Notes: generated from the letters alone by a model not told the origin. Shown: positions 14,118 through 26,789, counted from the first letter of the whole stretch. The stretch is 63,971 nucleotides of DNA, filler included, from Octopus bimaculoides (GCF_001194135.2; 5 parts of 5 records of this genome joined end to end with filler, not necessarily neighbours in it); one strand, 5' to 3'. Numbers and translations: made by a program.

Positions 14118-14689
14118 GCACGCATCCTAACCACAGATTATAAATACGCACATACACTCACACACATACATACACATACATACACAAACATACACACGCA
14201 CACGCACATATATACATACCCCAAAGAAAGCCCCCCAAAAAAGGATATAAAAACAATGAACATATCTATAAATACTGAATGAATAACTTCTCAAGTGATC
14301 TGTGAATTATGTCTAGAATGTTCCGTCCGTGCAACGTCGCATAGAAACGTATTTCTAGATTCCCCTTTTCATAAACTGTACTCAAAGCCGGTGTTCATAT
14401 TATTGAGCAACAAATATTCTAAAGTTGGCTTCATTCCTCTTATTTTCATTCTCTTCTAGTCTCTATCCAACCACGTTCTTATTCTATTTTATACTATGTT
14501 ATTTATTGTTTTTGTGGACTCTCTAAATCTCGTTCTCTTCTACGACTCAACAATGACTCAACTCTTCGTCTATGTGTGTATATTCATACAGACGTATACA
14601 CATATAGATACTCACAGATATACACACGAAACATAATATATGCACACTACACAACGTATATATGAATATGCATAAACACACATATATAT

Positions 14690-15000
14690 CATCATCATTG
14701 TCGTCATCAACATCATTCCACGTCTGTTGTCCATTGTCTGTTGGACGGTTTGACTTGGCTGGCATGCTGTAAGGCTGCACCAGGCTCCAGTCTCATTTGG
14801 CATGGTTTTCTACGGCTGGATGCCCTTACTAACACTACTTCGAGAGTGTAATTTTGTGCGTTTACATGCCACTGGCACGGGTGCCAGTTTGCGCGACACC
14901 AGTATCTGCCACGACTGAGATTTTGCTCGGCTTGACGGGTTTTCTTCTCAAGCACGACATAATGCCAAAGGTCTTGGTAACTGCCTCCGTGGGGCCCAAC
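14690..15000 (-). mobile_element. (ATG)n-tailed retroposon 3' end, family D
   Basis: Shares gctggatgccctt and caccaggctcc blocks plus a (CAT)n tail with 42262-42452 and 43865-44080. Confidence 0.7.
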
Positions 15001-15039
15001 ACTCGAAAAAAAACTCAGCTATCTTGCCTCCGTGAGGAC

Positions 15040-15245
15040 CAGCACTCGAATATTTTGGTACAAAGCCAGCAATTTCAGGGAAGGGATAAATCAATTAGAT
15101 CGACACCAGTGTTCAATTGGCACTTATCTAATTGACCTCTGAAATAATGAAAGGCAAATTCGACCTCAGCAAAATTTGAACTCAGAACGTAAAGACGGAC
15201 GAAATTCCGCTAAGCATTTTGTCCGGCATGTTAACGATTCTGCAC
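15040..15245 (-). mobile_element. SINE family B
   Basis: ..aatttgaactcagaacgtaaagacggacgaaattccgctaagcatttt.. matches 48855-49084. Confidence 0.85.
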
Positions 15246-15281
15246 AACTCACAGCCCTACACACATATGTTATTCTTTTAG

Positions 15282-15319
15282 AAGAATAATATTGACGCTA
15301 GCCTCCAAGTTTTGTCAAG
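15282..15319 (+). other. Candidate 38-nt exon
   Basis: Acceptor gttattcttttag, donor AAG|gtaagc; two of three frames open (KNNIDASLQVLS or RIILTLASKFCQ). Confidence 0.3.
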
Positions 15320-15510
15320 GTAAGCCATCAACAGACACTCCAATGATGGCTTTGTTGGCCGAAACTCCAAACTCACTGTCATTCTTAGACTTCTTAAAGA
15401 ACATTACATAGGTAATCTTCAAAAATTATTGAAAAATCATTCCGTTTCATATGAAATTGTTTTTAATATAACATAAAAATGAATATGAATTTATATAAGA
15501 TAAAGTACAA

Positions 15511-15725
15511 GACACAAGCTGGCAGAACCGTTAGCACGCCGGGCAAAAGGCTTAGCGGTACTTCCTCGAAATATTCGTTCTAGGTTTAAATGCAGCCGTG
15601 GTCGACTTAGTCTTATATCCCTTCGGGAACGATAAAATAAGTTTCAGTTGTGTACTGGGGTCAATTTAGTCGAGTGACCTCCTCTTCCGGAAATTAGTGC
15701 CTTGTGCCAAGCTTTGGGGCCAAAA
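15511..15725 (+). mobile_element. SINE family B
   Basis: gctggcagaaccgttagcacgccgggcaaaaggcttagcgg..gtcgact..cccttcgggaacgataaaataag. Confidence 0.85.
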
Positions 15726-15904
15726 TTAATACTAAGAATAATATTGGTACCAAATGATGGTACAAGGCCAGTAATTTCGAGAGGGTGAGTGGGTGTGGGA
15801 TATAAATTATCGACTGCGAAGGATCAAAGACAAAGTGGAACCTCGGCGTAATTTTGTAAACAAGATTAATATGAATACTAGAAATAATATTAATATTATT
15901 ATGT

Positions 15905-16064
15905 GCATGCATGGTTGTGTTGTAACAAGCTTGCTTCCCAACCATATGGTTCCGGGTTCAGTCCCCTTGCGCGACACCATGAGCGTCTTCTATTGTAGCC
16001 TCGGACCGACCAAACCTTTGTGAGTGGATTTGGTTGCCGGAAACTGAAAGGAGCCTGTCGTATA
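15905..16064 (+). mobile_element. SINE family A
   Basis: Match to the family A body. Confidence 0.85.
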
Positions 16065-16072
16065 TCTATCTA

Positions 16073-16177
<105 letters not shown>

Positions 16178-16189
16178 ATAAATAAATAT

Positions 16190-16223
<34 letters not shown>

Positions 16224-16248
16224 GGATGTATTTGTGCATATGTATATG

Positions 16249-16692
16249 CATGCAGGCTTACCTGTGTAGTAGTTGCTTCCCAACCACGTGGTTTCGGGTT
16301 CAGTCCTACTGCGTGGCACTTGGGGGTAAGTGTCTTCTATTATAGCCTCGGGCCAACCAAGGCCTTGTGAGTGGATTCGGAAAACGGAAACCGAATGAAG
16401 CCCGTCGTATATGTATTGCGTGTGTGTGTATGTATATGAGTGCGTGTGTGTGTGTGTTTCTTTCTGAATATGTTCGTCCTCCACCACGGCTTCACAACCG
16501 GTGCCGGTAAGTTTACATCCTCGTAATTGTAGCGTTTCTTCAAAAGAGACTGCTGGAATAAGTACCAGGCTTTCAAAAACAAAAACAAAAAAATAAACAA
16601 AAAAGAACTGATACCGATTCATTCGATTTAAAATTCTTCAATGCAATGCCCCAGCACGGGCGCAGTTTAATGATTGAAACAAGTAAAAGGTA
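16249..16692 (+). mobile_element. SINE family A with internal microsatellite and 3' tail
   Basis: Body plus 3' part ending gccccagcacgggcgcagtttaatgattgaaacaagtaaaa. Confidence 0.85.
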
Positions 16693-17277
16693 AAAAAAAA
16701 ATAAATAAATAAAACAAAATAAAACAAAAAGTGTTCTATTGTTTTTGTTGCTGCAGTTATTGTCGTCGGCGTTTCGGTTTTACTTTTATCGCAATTTCAC
16801 AAACAAGAATCGTTTGGTATTCTTTTGTAGTGTCCTGATTCTACAATCAGGCACGAAGAAAGGTATTAAAAGAACAAGAAATAATTAAAGAAAAAAAAAA
16901 CACACACACAATAAACAAAGAATACGATTGGAGTATTTTCCGTGTAAGATTCTGATTACGTCTATTGAGAATCTTTTGGCGATGCTAATCTTATGAAGTA
17001 TAAGTTCTTTAGTTCTTGGAATGTGGTTCCAGTAAATGGTTTCCTTGGAAAAAAAAAAAAATTAAGATATTTCGGGCAAAACATAATAAAGGATAAGATG
17101 AAAGAAATAGTTTTCTTTCCAACATGAAAGAAAGACTATTTTGAGTTTGAGGTTTTACTACTATCGGGTGTATATAGGCAGGAAAATAAAAATACGTGTG
17201 GCGGTTTATGTATATAGGTATATATATGTATACGTATGTATGTGTGTGTGTGTATTTGTGTGGGTATATATATGTAC

Positions 17278-17313
<36 letters not shown>

Positions 17314-18375
17314 GCCTGTATGTACGCATATCTGTCTATCTGTCTGTCTGTATGTATGTATGAATGTATACATGTATGTATGTATGTATGTATGTATGTA
17401 TGTATGTATGTATGCATGTACGTAATTAAGTATATATGGATGTATGCACGTATATCTGTCTGTATGTATGTCTGTATGCATGTATGCATGTATTTATGTA
17501 TATACGTATGCATGTATGCTCGTGAGCNNNNNNNNNNNNNNNNNNNNNNNNNNNNNNNNNNNNNNNNNNNNNNNNNNNNNNNNNNNNNNNNNNNNNNNNN
17601 NNNNNNNNNNNNNNNNNNNNNNNNNNNNNNNNNNNNNNNNNNNNNNNNNNNNNNNNNNNNNNNNNNNNNNNNNNNNNNNNNNNNNNNNNNNNNNNNNNNN
17701 NNNNNNNNNNNNNNNNNNNNNNNNNNNNNNNNNNNNNNNNNNNNNNNNNNNNNNNNNNNNNNNNNNNNNNNNNNNNNNNNNNNNNNNNNNNNNNNNNNNN
17801 NNNNNNNNNNNNNNNNNNNNNNNNNNNNNNNNNNNNNNNNNNNNNNNNNNNNNNNNNNNNNNNNNNNNNNNNNNNNNNNNNNNNNNNNNNNNNNNNNNNN
17901 NNNNNNNNNNNNNNNNNNNNNNNNNNNNNNNNNNNNNNNNNNNNNNNNNNNNNNNNNNNNNNNNNNNNNNNNNNNNNNNNNNNNNNNNNNNNNNNNNNNN
18001 NNNNNNNNNNNNNNNNNNNNNNNNNNNNNNNNNNNNNNNNNNNNNNNNNNNNNNNNNNNNNNNNNNNNNNNNNNNNNNNNNNNNNNNNNNNNNNNNNNNN
18101 NNNNNNNNNNNNNNNNNNNNNNNNNNNNNNNNNNNNNNNNNNNNNNNNNNNNNNNNNNNNNNNNNNNNNNNNNNNNNNNNNNNNNNNNNNNNNNNNNNNN
18201 NNNNNNNNNNNNNNNNNNNNNNNNNNNNNNNNNNNNNNNNNNNNNNNNNNNNNNNNNNNNNNNNNNNNNNNNNNNNNNNNNNNNNNNNNNNNNNNNNNNN
18301 NNNNNNNNNNNNNNNNNNNNNNNNNNNNNNNNNNNNNNNNNNNNNNNNNNNNNNNNNNNNNNNNNNNNNTATATA

Positions 18376-18608
18376 CAAGGTCGGCCAAAGGTCACCTGAC
18401 AGTAAATCAAAACCGTTTAATTCCAAGATTTATTTATGTTTAACAACTGAAGGAATTTAATAAAAACATCTAAATATGAAACACCATGAAAATTATTCAC
18501 ACTGAAGTCCTTCTTTAGCGACACATTTTTCCAAGTGAATAAATAAAATTGAATATTAAGTATTTATGAAATTTTGATTTGTTGTCGGGTGACTTTTGGC
18601 CAAACCTC
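18376..18608. mobile_element. Tc1/mariner-type MITE (233 bp)
   Basis: ~39-bp imperfect TIRs (caaggtcggccaaaggtcacctgacagtaaatcaaaa vs reverse complement of ttttgatttgttgtcgggtgacttttggccaaacctc), TA on both sides, no ORF. Confidence 0.8.
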
Positions 18609-18751
18609 TATACATACATACATACATACATATATACCTGATTCCACGAGTCCATAGAAGTTCAGTTTCACCAGTGAACATAGACATTTATATTTACAAG
18701 AGAAGATTTTGATGGCTTCCTTCCTATTGGTCAGTAGAAATTTGCCCAACA

Positions 18752-19004
18752 AGACACTAATACAGCAGTAAATACCAATAATTGTCAGAGCCCTGGTAAC
18801 AGTGAGTAAAAATCTCGAGAAGTACGTGGAACAAATAGGGGCTGCAATAAGGGTAGAGCACTTGCAGAAAACAGCACTTCTAGGAACCGCTCGAATACTC
18901 CGGAAGGTGCTCGAAAAATAAGAGGTGTTACCTTAGTTCACTGGTAGTGAACAGCTGACACTGTAGTACACCTGCAGCGTTAGAAGCTGTACAAAGGCAA
19001 CAAC

Positions 19005-19056
<52 letters not shown>
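18752..19056 (+). mobile_element. 5'-truncated R4/Dong-clade non-LTR retrotransposon 3' end with (AAT)n tail
   Basis: 18772-18921 encodes IPIIVRALVTVSKNLEKYVEQIGAAIRVEHLQKTALLGTARILRKVLEK*, the typical R4/Dong/Rex6 C-terminus; short UTR then (AAT)n. Confidence 0.8.
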
Positions 19057-19057
<1 letters not shown>

Positions 19058-19369
19058 ATGAACTTCTAACTTGTCTCTTGAGGTCTCTGGGTGAGACTTG
19101 CATCCAACTTGTACAAATGCAAAGCAAAAGTCAAACATAAAATAATAATGATGATGATGATGATGATAATAGTAATGATGATGATGATAATGATGATGAT
19201 GATAAAATGGCCAGCAAATTTTAACCTATATAGGTAAAATATACTAATAAATAAGGGTATCAGAATTCGACTTGCTAGAAAGAGCAGCTAACGCTCCGAA
19301 AACCACCAATTTCACGCTATTTATAAATACGCACGGTGAATGCCACGAATATAATAAAATATACTTTTT

Positions 19370-19487
19370 AACTCTAGGCGCAAGACCGGAAATTTTGAGG
19401 CGGGGGACTAGTCGATTAAATCGACCCCACTACGCAAGTGGTACTTAATTTATCGACACCGAAAGGATGAAAGGAATTTGAACTCAC
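19370..19487 (-). mobile_element. SINE family B, partial
   Basis: ggggactagtcgattaaatcgaccccactacgcaagtggtacttaatttatcgacaccgaaaggatgaaagg. Confidence 0.8.
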
Positions 19488-20138
19488 ACACGCGCGCGCG
19501 CGTACATAGGGTAACACAGACTGACAGAATTTCAAAGAGGAACACAAAGAGAATAAGCATTAAAAACTAACATATACACACACATAATCATGCACACACA
19601 CACACACACACACATACACACACACAAATACACACACACACGCATACACAACGCAACACGTGCGCTCAATGATAATTAAGAATAATAAGATTGATTAACA
19701 TCCCTGCATCACTCATAAACAAATAGCTTTGTCGCTATTTCTAATAAATACATAGTAATGCTGCCGTTGATAAGGATCGACCCTGGATTCTATCCCAATT
19801 ATTGCCGTCAATATCATTAAAACAGGCATTAACTAGTCCATACTTAATGGTATATGTTAATTGGTCACTGATATGAGTTTTGCGCAAATATTGTGTCACG
19901 ACTTCGGGGAATTATACGCGAGCGCGGACGCACACATATACATGCACACGCATATATATATATAGAGAGAGATTTGAAGTACATAGGGGGCAATGCAATA
20001 CGTAGCAGTAAACACAGACACACATATACAGAGGCACACACATACACATACACACACACAAACACACATATATAATATAGATAGCGTCTATGAATAAATA
20101 CATACGTACATACATATATATTTGTACATATATATTAT

Positions 20139-20457
20139 GAAACCCGTCGTATATATATATATATANNNNNNNNNNNNNNNNNNNNNNNNNNNNNTGTATA
20201 TATGTATGTATGTATATATATATATATATATAGACATATATATATATATGTGTGTATGTGTGCTTGTGCATCTGTGTTTGTCCTCCCAACATCGCTTCAC
20301 AACCGATGGTAGTGTGTTTACGTCCCCGTAACTTTTTGCGGTTCGGCAAAACACACCGATAGAATAAGTACAAAAATAAGTCCTGGGGTTGATTTGTTCG
20401 ACTAAATGTGGTGCTCCAGCATGGCCGTAGTCATATGACTGAAACAAATAAAAGAAT
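20139..20457 (+). mobile_element. SINE family A, 3' portion
   Basis: ccaacatcgcttcacaaccgatggt..gcggttcggcaaaa..gtgctccagcatggccgtagtcatatgactgaaacaaataaaa. Confidence 0.85.
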
Positions 20458-20469
20458 ATCAGAATATAT

Positions 20470-20863
20470 ATTTTTTTTATTCAGCTCAGAGCTGTGGCCA
20501 TGCTGGGGCACCGCCGTTCTGCTACGCAGTTATTACTGGAGAGCCTCCTTTAATATGTGGCATTTGGTGAATAAGACAGATTGATGCCGCTACCCTCATT
20601 TGCACCTCTTGCCACGAGATAGGTTTACCTTTGACTCTCGAGAGGAAGAGGTCCAGTTTTGATTTGAAAACACCTACATTCACTTTGTGTAGATCCCTCA
20701 AGCTCTTTGGCAGAATATTAAAAAGCTGTGGGTCCCTGAAACCCAGTCCGTTTTAGTATCTGGTCCTGAATCTCGATGGCATTGCTGAGATCTTAGGCAC
20801 AGTGCAGTGTCGACCCGTTCTGGCATTGGTGTAGCTTTCAATGCCAAAATTTGGCACAATTCC
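20470..20863 (-). mobile_element. 5'-truncated CR1-group LINE 3' end
   Basis: Minus frame GIVPNFGIESYTNARTGRHC..RY*NGLGFRDPQLFNILPKSLRDLHKV..FKSKLDLFLSRV..HQMPHIKGGSPVITA*, then a short UTR with hairpin and A-rich tail. Confidence 0.8.
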
Positions 20864-20875
20864 TTATATATATTC

Positions 20876-20912
<37 letters not shown>

Positions 20913-21522
20913 NNNNNNNNNNNNNNNNNNNNNNNNNNNNNNNNNNNNNNNNNNNNNNNNNNNNNNNNNNNNNNNNNNNNNNNNNNNNNNNNNNNNNNNN
21001 NNNNNNNNNNNNNNNNNNNNNNNNNNNNNNNNNNNNNNNNNNNNNNNNNNNNNNNNNNNNNNNNNNNNNNNNNNNNNNNNNNNNNNNNNNNNNNNNNNNN
21101 NNNNNNNNNNNNNNNNNNNNNNNNNNNNNNNNNNNNNNNNNNNNNNNNNNNNNNNNNNNNNNNNNNNNNNNNNNNNNNNNNNNNNNNNNNNNNNNNNNNN
21201 NNNNNNNNNNNNNNNNNNNNNNNNNNNNNNNNNNNNNNNNNNNNNNNNNNNNNNNNNNNNNNNNNNNNNNNNNNNNNNNNNNNNNNNNNNNNNNNNNNNN
21301 NNNNNNNNNNNNNNNNNNNNNNNNNNNNNNNNNNNNNNNNNNNNNNNNNNNNNNNNNNNNNNNNNNNNNNNNNNNNNNNNNNNNNNNNNNNNNNNNNNNN
21401 NNNNNNNNNNNNNNNNNNNNNNNNNNNNNNNNNNNNNNNNNNNNNNNNNNNNNNNNNNNNNNNNNNNNNNNNNNNNNNNNNNNNNNNNNNNNNNNNNNNN
21501 NNNNNNNNNNNNNNNNNNNNNN

Positions 21523-21574
<52 letters not shown>

Positions 21575-22114
21575 TATACGTACATATATATATATACATA
21601 CATATGCATCATATTTATATATATTATATATTATATTTATATATATATCATATATCATATTCATGTATATTATCTATTATATTTTATGCATTATACATAT
21701 TATATTATCTTCAGAAACAATATAGAATTTTATTTTTATTTTTTCTTATTAGCCATATTTATATTCTTTGTTTTGTTTCTCATTGTTTTATTATGTGTTG
21801 TTTGTTTGCTTGGTTGGTTTTCTTTTTTTCTTTTTTCTTTTTTTTTCGGGCGATGCAGATAGGATTATTCTGTAAACGGCAAAGACCTTATCATTTTTCT
21901 GTGATAACCATTTGCCACAGTACATATGGCTTTAGCGATTAGGAAACGACAGTTTGGTAATCAGGATAAACAACTAAATAAATAAATAAAAATAAAATGA
22001 AATAAAATAAATAAATAATGTGCGTGTGCGTGAGTGAGGAAGAGAGAAAGAGAGAAAGAGAGCACAACTGTATGCACTTGGCAGCATGATATATATATAC
22101 GAACATTTATATAT

Positions 22115-22159
<45 letters not shown>

Positions 22160-22699
22160 NNNNNNNNNNNNNNNNNNNNNNNNNNNNNNNNNNNNNNNNN
22201 NNNNNNNNNNNNNNNNNNNNNNNNNNNNNNNNNNNNNNNNNNNNNNNNNNNNNNNNNNNNNNNNNNNNNNNNNNNNNNNNNNNNNNNNNNNNNNNNNNNN
22301 NNNNNNNNNNNNNNNNNNNNNNNNNNNNNNNNNNNNNNNNNNNNNNNNNNNNNNNNNNNNNNNNNNNNNNNNNNNNNNNNNNNNNNNNNNNNNNNNNNNN
22401 NNNNNNNNNNNNNNNNNNNNNNNNNNNNNNNNNNNNNNNNNNNNNNNNNNNNNNNNNNNNNNNNNNNNNNNNNNNNNNNNNNNNNNNNNNNNNNNNNNNN
22501 NNNNNNNNNNNNNNNNNNNNNNNNNNNNNNNNNNNNNNNNNNNNNNNNNNNNNNNNNNNNNNNNNNNNNNNNNNNNNNNNNNNNNNNNNNNNNNNATATT
22601 AATGTGTCTTTCTCTATTTTTGTTTCTTGAATATATTTGGTGCGGCATGTTTTTTCTTGTTTTCTTTTTTCTTTCCTTTGTTTTTTTTTTGTTATTTTA

Positions 22700-22850
22700 G
22701 ATGCAGGCATGGCTGTGCGCTTAAGAAGTTCGTTTAGCAAACCTACGGTTCCCGGTTCAGTCCCAGTGTGTGATAGTTTGATCAAGTGCCTTCTACTATA
22801 GCCTCGGAACCATCAATACCTCGTGAGTGAATTTCGTGGACGGAGACTGA
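22700..22850 (+). mobile_element. SINE family A
   Basis: Match to the family A body. Confidence 0.8.
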
Positions 22851-23021
22851 GTATGTATAGGTGTATATGTGAGTGTGTGTGTGTGCAGGTACGTGTGTGT
22901 GAGCGTGCGTGCTTATATGTGTGTGTGTGTGTAATACATCTTGAAAGCTTTCATCCAATTTTACATTTCTTCAATAGCATGTTGCAAAATTTACCATTAA
23001 CCGCAAAAGAACCTTCAACAA

Positions 23022-23130
23022 GGCAGCGAGCTGGCAGAATTGTTAGCACGCCGGGCGAAATGTTTAGCGGTATTTAGTCTGTCTTTATACGTCCTGAGTT
23101 CAAATTCTGCCGAGGTTAACCTTGTCATTA
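23022..23130 (+). mobile_element. SINE family B head
   Basis: ggcagcgagctggcagaattgttagcacgccgggcgaaatgtttagcggtattt. Confidence 0.85.
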
Positions 23131-23173
23131 ATTCTTTCGTAGTTCATTAATTATCATTATTATCATTATTATA

Positions 23174-23638
23174 GGCCCAGGAGTGGCCGTGTTGTAAGTA
23201 GCTTGCTTACCAGCCACATGGTCCAGGGTTCAGACCCACTGCGTTGCACTTTGGGCAAGTGTCTTCTACTATAGCCTCGGGCCGACCAAAGCCTTGTGAG
23301 AAGATTTGGTAAATGGAAACTGAAAGAAGCCCGTCGTATATATGTGTGNNNNNNNNNNTGGTAAATGGAAACTGAAAGAAGCCCGTCGTATATATGTGTG
23401 TGTGTGTGTATGTGTGTGTGTGTGTGTGTGTGTGTATGCATGTGTGTGTATATGTTTGTGTGTCTGTGTTTGTCTCTCCGACATCGCTTGAAAACTGATG
23501 CTGGTGCGTTTACATCCTCATAACTTAGCTGTTCGGCAAAAAGACCGATAGAATAAGTACTAGGCTTACAAAGATTTGTTTCGACTAAAGGCGGTTCCCC
23601 AGCATGGCTGCAGTCAAATGACTAAATCATTTAAAAGA
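23174..23638 (+). mobile_element. SINE family A, full length with tail
   Basis: Head ggcccaggagtggccgtgttgtaag to tail ggcggttccccagcatggctgcagtcaaatgact. Confidence 0.9.
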
Positions 23639-23837
23639 TTTGTTAAAAACATACACAACGCAAACACTCAATGTCGCATACCAAACTCTTAAAGATACTT
23701 TCACCATTTCATATTCCATTCCTTAGAATATTGACCTTGTCGTATATATCTGAAAACTGTCCAAAGTCTTTGATCGCGAAGTTTCGGTATAGAAGAATGA
23801 TGGAATAACTGAAATTAAAGATGATGTCTGCAAAGTA

Positions 23838-24125
23838 TGACGCGGACGTATGATTGCCGTATTCTCGCCAACCGCATGGTTCCGGGTTTAATCCCACTGC
23901 GTGGTACCTTTGGCAAGTGTCTTCTTCAAAAGCTTTGGGCCACCCAACCTCTTGAGAGTTGAATTGTTAGACGGAAACTGAGAGAAGCTCGTCGTACATA
24001 TATATGTATGTATGTGTGTGTGTGTGTGCTTGTGTTTCTTCAACCATCACTGCTTGACAACCGGGGTTGAGGTGTTTACATGCCCGTTACCTAGCGGTTC
24101 GGCAAAAGACACCGATAATATGAGT
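23838..24125 (+). mobile_element. SINE family A, diverged
   Basis: Match to the family A body and part of the 3' region. Confidence 0.75.
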
Positions 24126-24442
24126 ATCAGTATTTGTTGTAAAGTGGATTCCTCCCACTGGTGTGATGTGTGACTACCGTTGTACTGTAGTTGCTCAGGT
24201 CAGTTCAAACATCAACACCACTTCAGAAAGCAAGGTTATATCGTTTGGTTCACATTGACATGATGTGGGTAGTGGTGAGGCTACAGGTTATTAAAGTTGT
24301 TCAAAATGTCATGCAGCAGAATCGAACCTGAGAACGCGTAGTCACCAATCACACAATTAGGCCGTGCTGAGCTTCTTCGACATAGAGTAACACATAATGA
24401 ATGTATAATGAAAAAGTGGTGATAATTCTGAATAATGACAAT

Positions 24443-24978
24443 TTCTTCTTCTTCTCCTTCTTCTTCTTCTTCTTCTTCTTCTTCTTCTTCTTCTTCTTCT
24501 TCTTCTTCTTCTTCTTCTTCTTCTTCTTCTTTTCCTCATCTTTATCCGCCTCCACCTCCAACTTCTCCTCCCTCTCATCCTCCTTCTTCTTTTTCCTTCT
24601 CCTCTTTCTCTCTTCTCTTTTCTTCTACTTTTCCTCCTCCTCCTTCTCATCCTTCTTCTTTTCCTACTCCTTATCCTCCTCCACCTTGTCCTCCTCCGTC
24701 TCCTCCGTCTCCTTTTCCCCCTCTTCTTTTTATTCTTCTTCTTCTTCATAACCATCACCATCATCATCATCATCATCATCGCCATCGCCATCGTTGTCTT
24801 TGTCGTCGCCGTGGTCGTCACTTTCATCATCACCCTCGTCATCGTCGTCTTCGTCGACGTTTGCGTCATCACCAGCAACATTAGCGCAACCCACTGGCAC
24901 ACCAACGACACAATCATACACCAACACCATCACCACCATCACCACCATCATCACATCCACCACCACTACAATCACTCC

Positions 24979-25022
<44 letters not shown>

Positions 25023-25025
25023 CCG
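24443..25025 (+). repeat. Compound (TTC)n/(TCC)n/(CAT)n/(CAC)n low-complexity tract
   Basis: Direct trinucleotide repeats; explains the poly-S/F/H/R ORFs. Confidence 0.95.
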
Positions 25026-25682
25026 TCATCAACTTAATTTCTGCTTAAATTATAACTCATAGTTGTNNNNNNNNNNNNNNNNNNNNNNNNNNNNNNNNNN
25101 NNNNNNNNNNNNNNNNNNNNNNNNNNNNNNNNNNNNNNNNNNNNNNNNNNNNNNNNNNNNNNNNNNNNNNNNNNNNNNNNNNNNNNNNNNNNNNNNNNNN
25201 NNNNNNNNNNNNNNNNNNNNNNNNNNNNNNNNNNNNNNNNNNNNNNNNNNNNNNNNNNNNNNNNNNNNNNNNNNNNNNNNNNNNNNNNNNNNNNNNNNNN
25301 NNNNNNNNNNNNNNNNNNNNNNNNNNNNNNNNNNNNNNNNNNNNNNNNNNNNNNNNNNNNNNNNNNNNNNNNNNNNNNNNNNNNNNNNNNNNNNNNNNNN
25401 NNNNNNNNNNNNNNNNNNNNNNNNNNNNNNNNNNNNNNNNNNNNNNNNNNNNNNNNNNNNNNNNNNNNNNNNNNNNNNNNNNNNNNNNNNNNNNNNNNNN
25501 NNNNNNNNNNNNNNNNNNNNNNNNNNNNNNNNNNNNNNNNNNNNNNNNNNNNNNNNNNNNNNNNNNNNNNNNNNNNNNNNNNNNNNTATATATATATATA
25601 TATATACATACATTTATATACCGACATATATGCGTGTGTGTGTGTGTGTGTGTTGTAGCGGCCAGTGATTCAATATTTTATA

Positions 25683-25726
<44 letters not shown>

Positions 25727-25729
25727 CGA

Positions 25730-25945
25730 GGCGTTGAGCTGGCAGAATCGTTAGCACGCCAGGTGAAAGGCTTAGCGGTATTTCGTCTGTCGTTACGTTC
25801 TAAGTTCAAATTCCACTAAGGTCGACTTTTGCATTTCATCGTTGGGGTTCGATTAAAATAAGTACCAGTTACGCACTGAGGTCGACTTAATCGCCTCCTC
25901 CAAATTTGAGGCCTTGTTCTTCCAGTAGAAAAGATTATTATTATT
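25730..25945 (+). mobile_element. SINE family B with (TTA)n tail
   Basis: Full head-to-tail match ending ggccttgttcttccagtagaaaagattatta. Confidence 0.88.
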
Positions 25946-25949
25946 ATTA

Positions 25950-26351
25950 TTATTATTATCATTATTATTGAGTGAGAGAGCAGTGCGTGCCATCAAAGTG
26001 ACACTGGGGTTTCAAATATACGAAGCCCAATATACCCATCATGACTACCCGTCTGATAAGGATATATCAGGCACATGCATCACAACCATATGTGCGCAAC
26101 ATGGTGATCTCATATCAAGATAAACAGCGCATGACCTCGCATGTGGGGCCCAGTTAGAATTTTCTTCGGGTCAGGTAGCCCATCCCGCTCAAAAGGTCCC
26201 TGCATAAGGTTTGTTAAAGGACGTCGAACAAAATACCCATGTTTCCAAAGGTGAATTATCCAAACCCCAAAGAATTCCTCTCAACACATAGCTATGATGC
26301 TCCCCCACTACTTCTGCTCGTGATCAGAGATGCACATATCGTCAGCCACCA
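25950..26351 (-). mobile_element. Non-coding 3' end of a retroposon with (AAT)n tail, family unassigned
   Basis: Minus strand ends ..gatggcacgcactgctctctcactcaataataat; relatively GC-rich and ORF-less, runs into a gap. Confidence 0.45.
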
Positions 26352-26495
26352 NNNNNNNNNNNNNNNNNNNNNNNNNNNNNNNNNNNNNNNNNNNNTTAAT
26401 TAATTAANNNNNNNNNNNNNNNNNNNNNNNNNNNNNNNNNNNNNNNNNNNNAACCTGAAACTACATGGCTGCAAAGTGATTCTTAACCACACAAC

Positions 26496-26534
26496 CTTTC
26501 TTTCTTTCTTTCTTTCCTTCTTTCTTTCTTTCCT

Positions 26535-26568
<34 letters not shown>

Positions 26569-26659
26569 TTCCTTCCTTCCTTTCTTTCTTTCTTTCTTTC
26601 TTTCTTTCCTTCTTTCTTTCTTTCTTTCTTCCTTCCTTCCTTCCTTCCTTCCTTCCTTC

Positions 26660-26712
<53 letters not shown>

Positions 26713-26740
26713 TTCTTTCCTTTCTCTCCTTCTTTCTTTC
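26496..26740 (+). repeat. (CTTT)n/(CCTT)n microsatellite
   Basis: Direct tetranucleotide repeat; explains the KERK and FFLS ORFs. Confidence 0.95.
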
Positions 26741-26789
26741 TGTCTCTCGGTGCCATGTCCAGGATGTTGGACATGGGCGATCCTGTCCT

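Noticed and set aside
23309-23398. 40-bp duplication around a 10-N gap in a SINE
   Set aside because: Same overlap artefact
26396-26407. TTAATTAATTAA palindrome inside N runs, also at 34439-34450, 47100-47111 and 62038-62049
   Set aside because: Always 44 N + 12 bp + 44 N = 100 bp with stops in all six frames: an assembly linker, not biology
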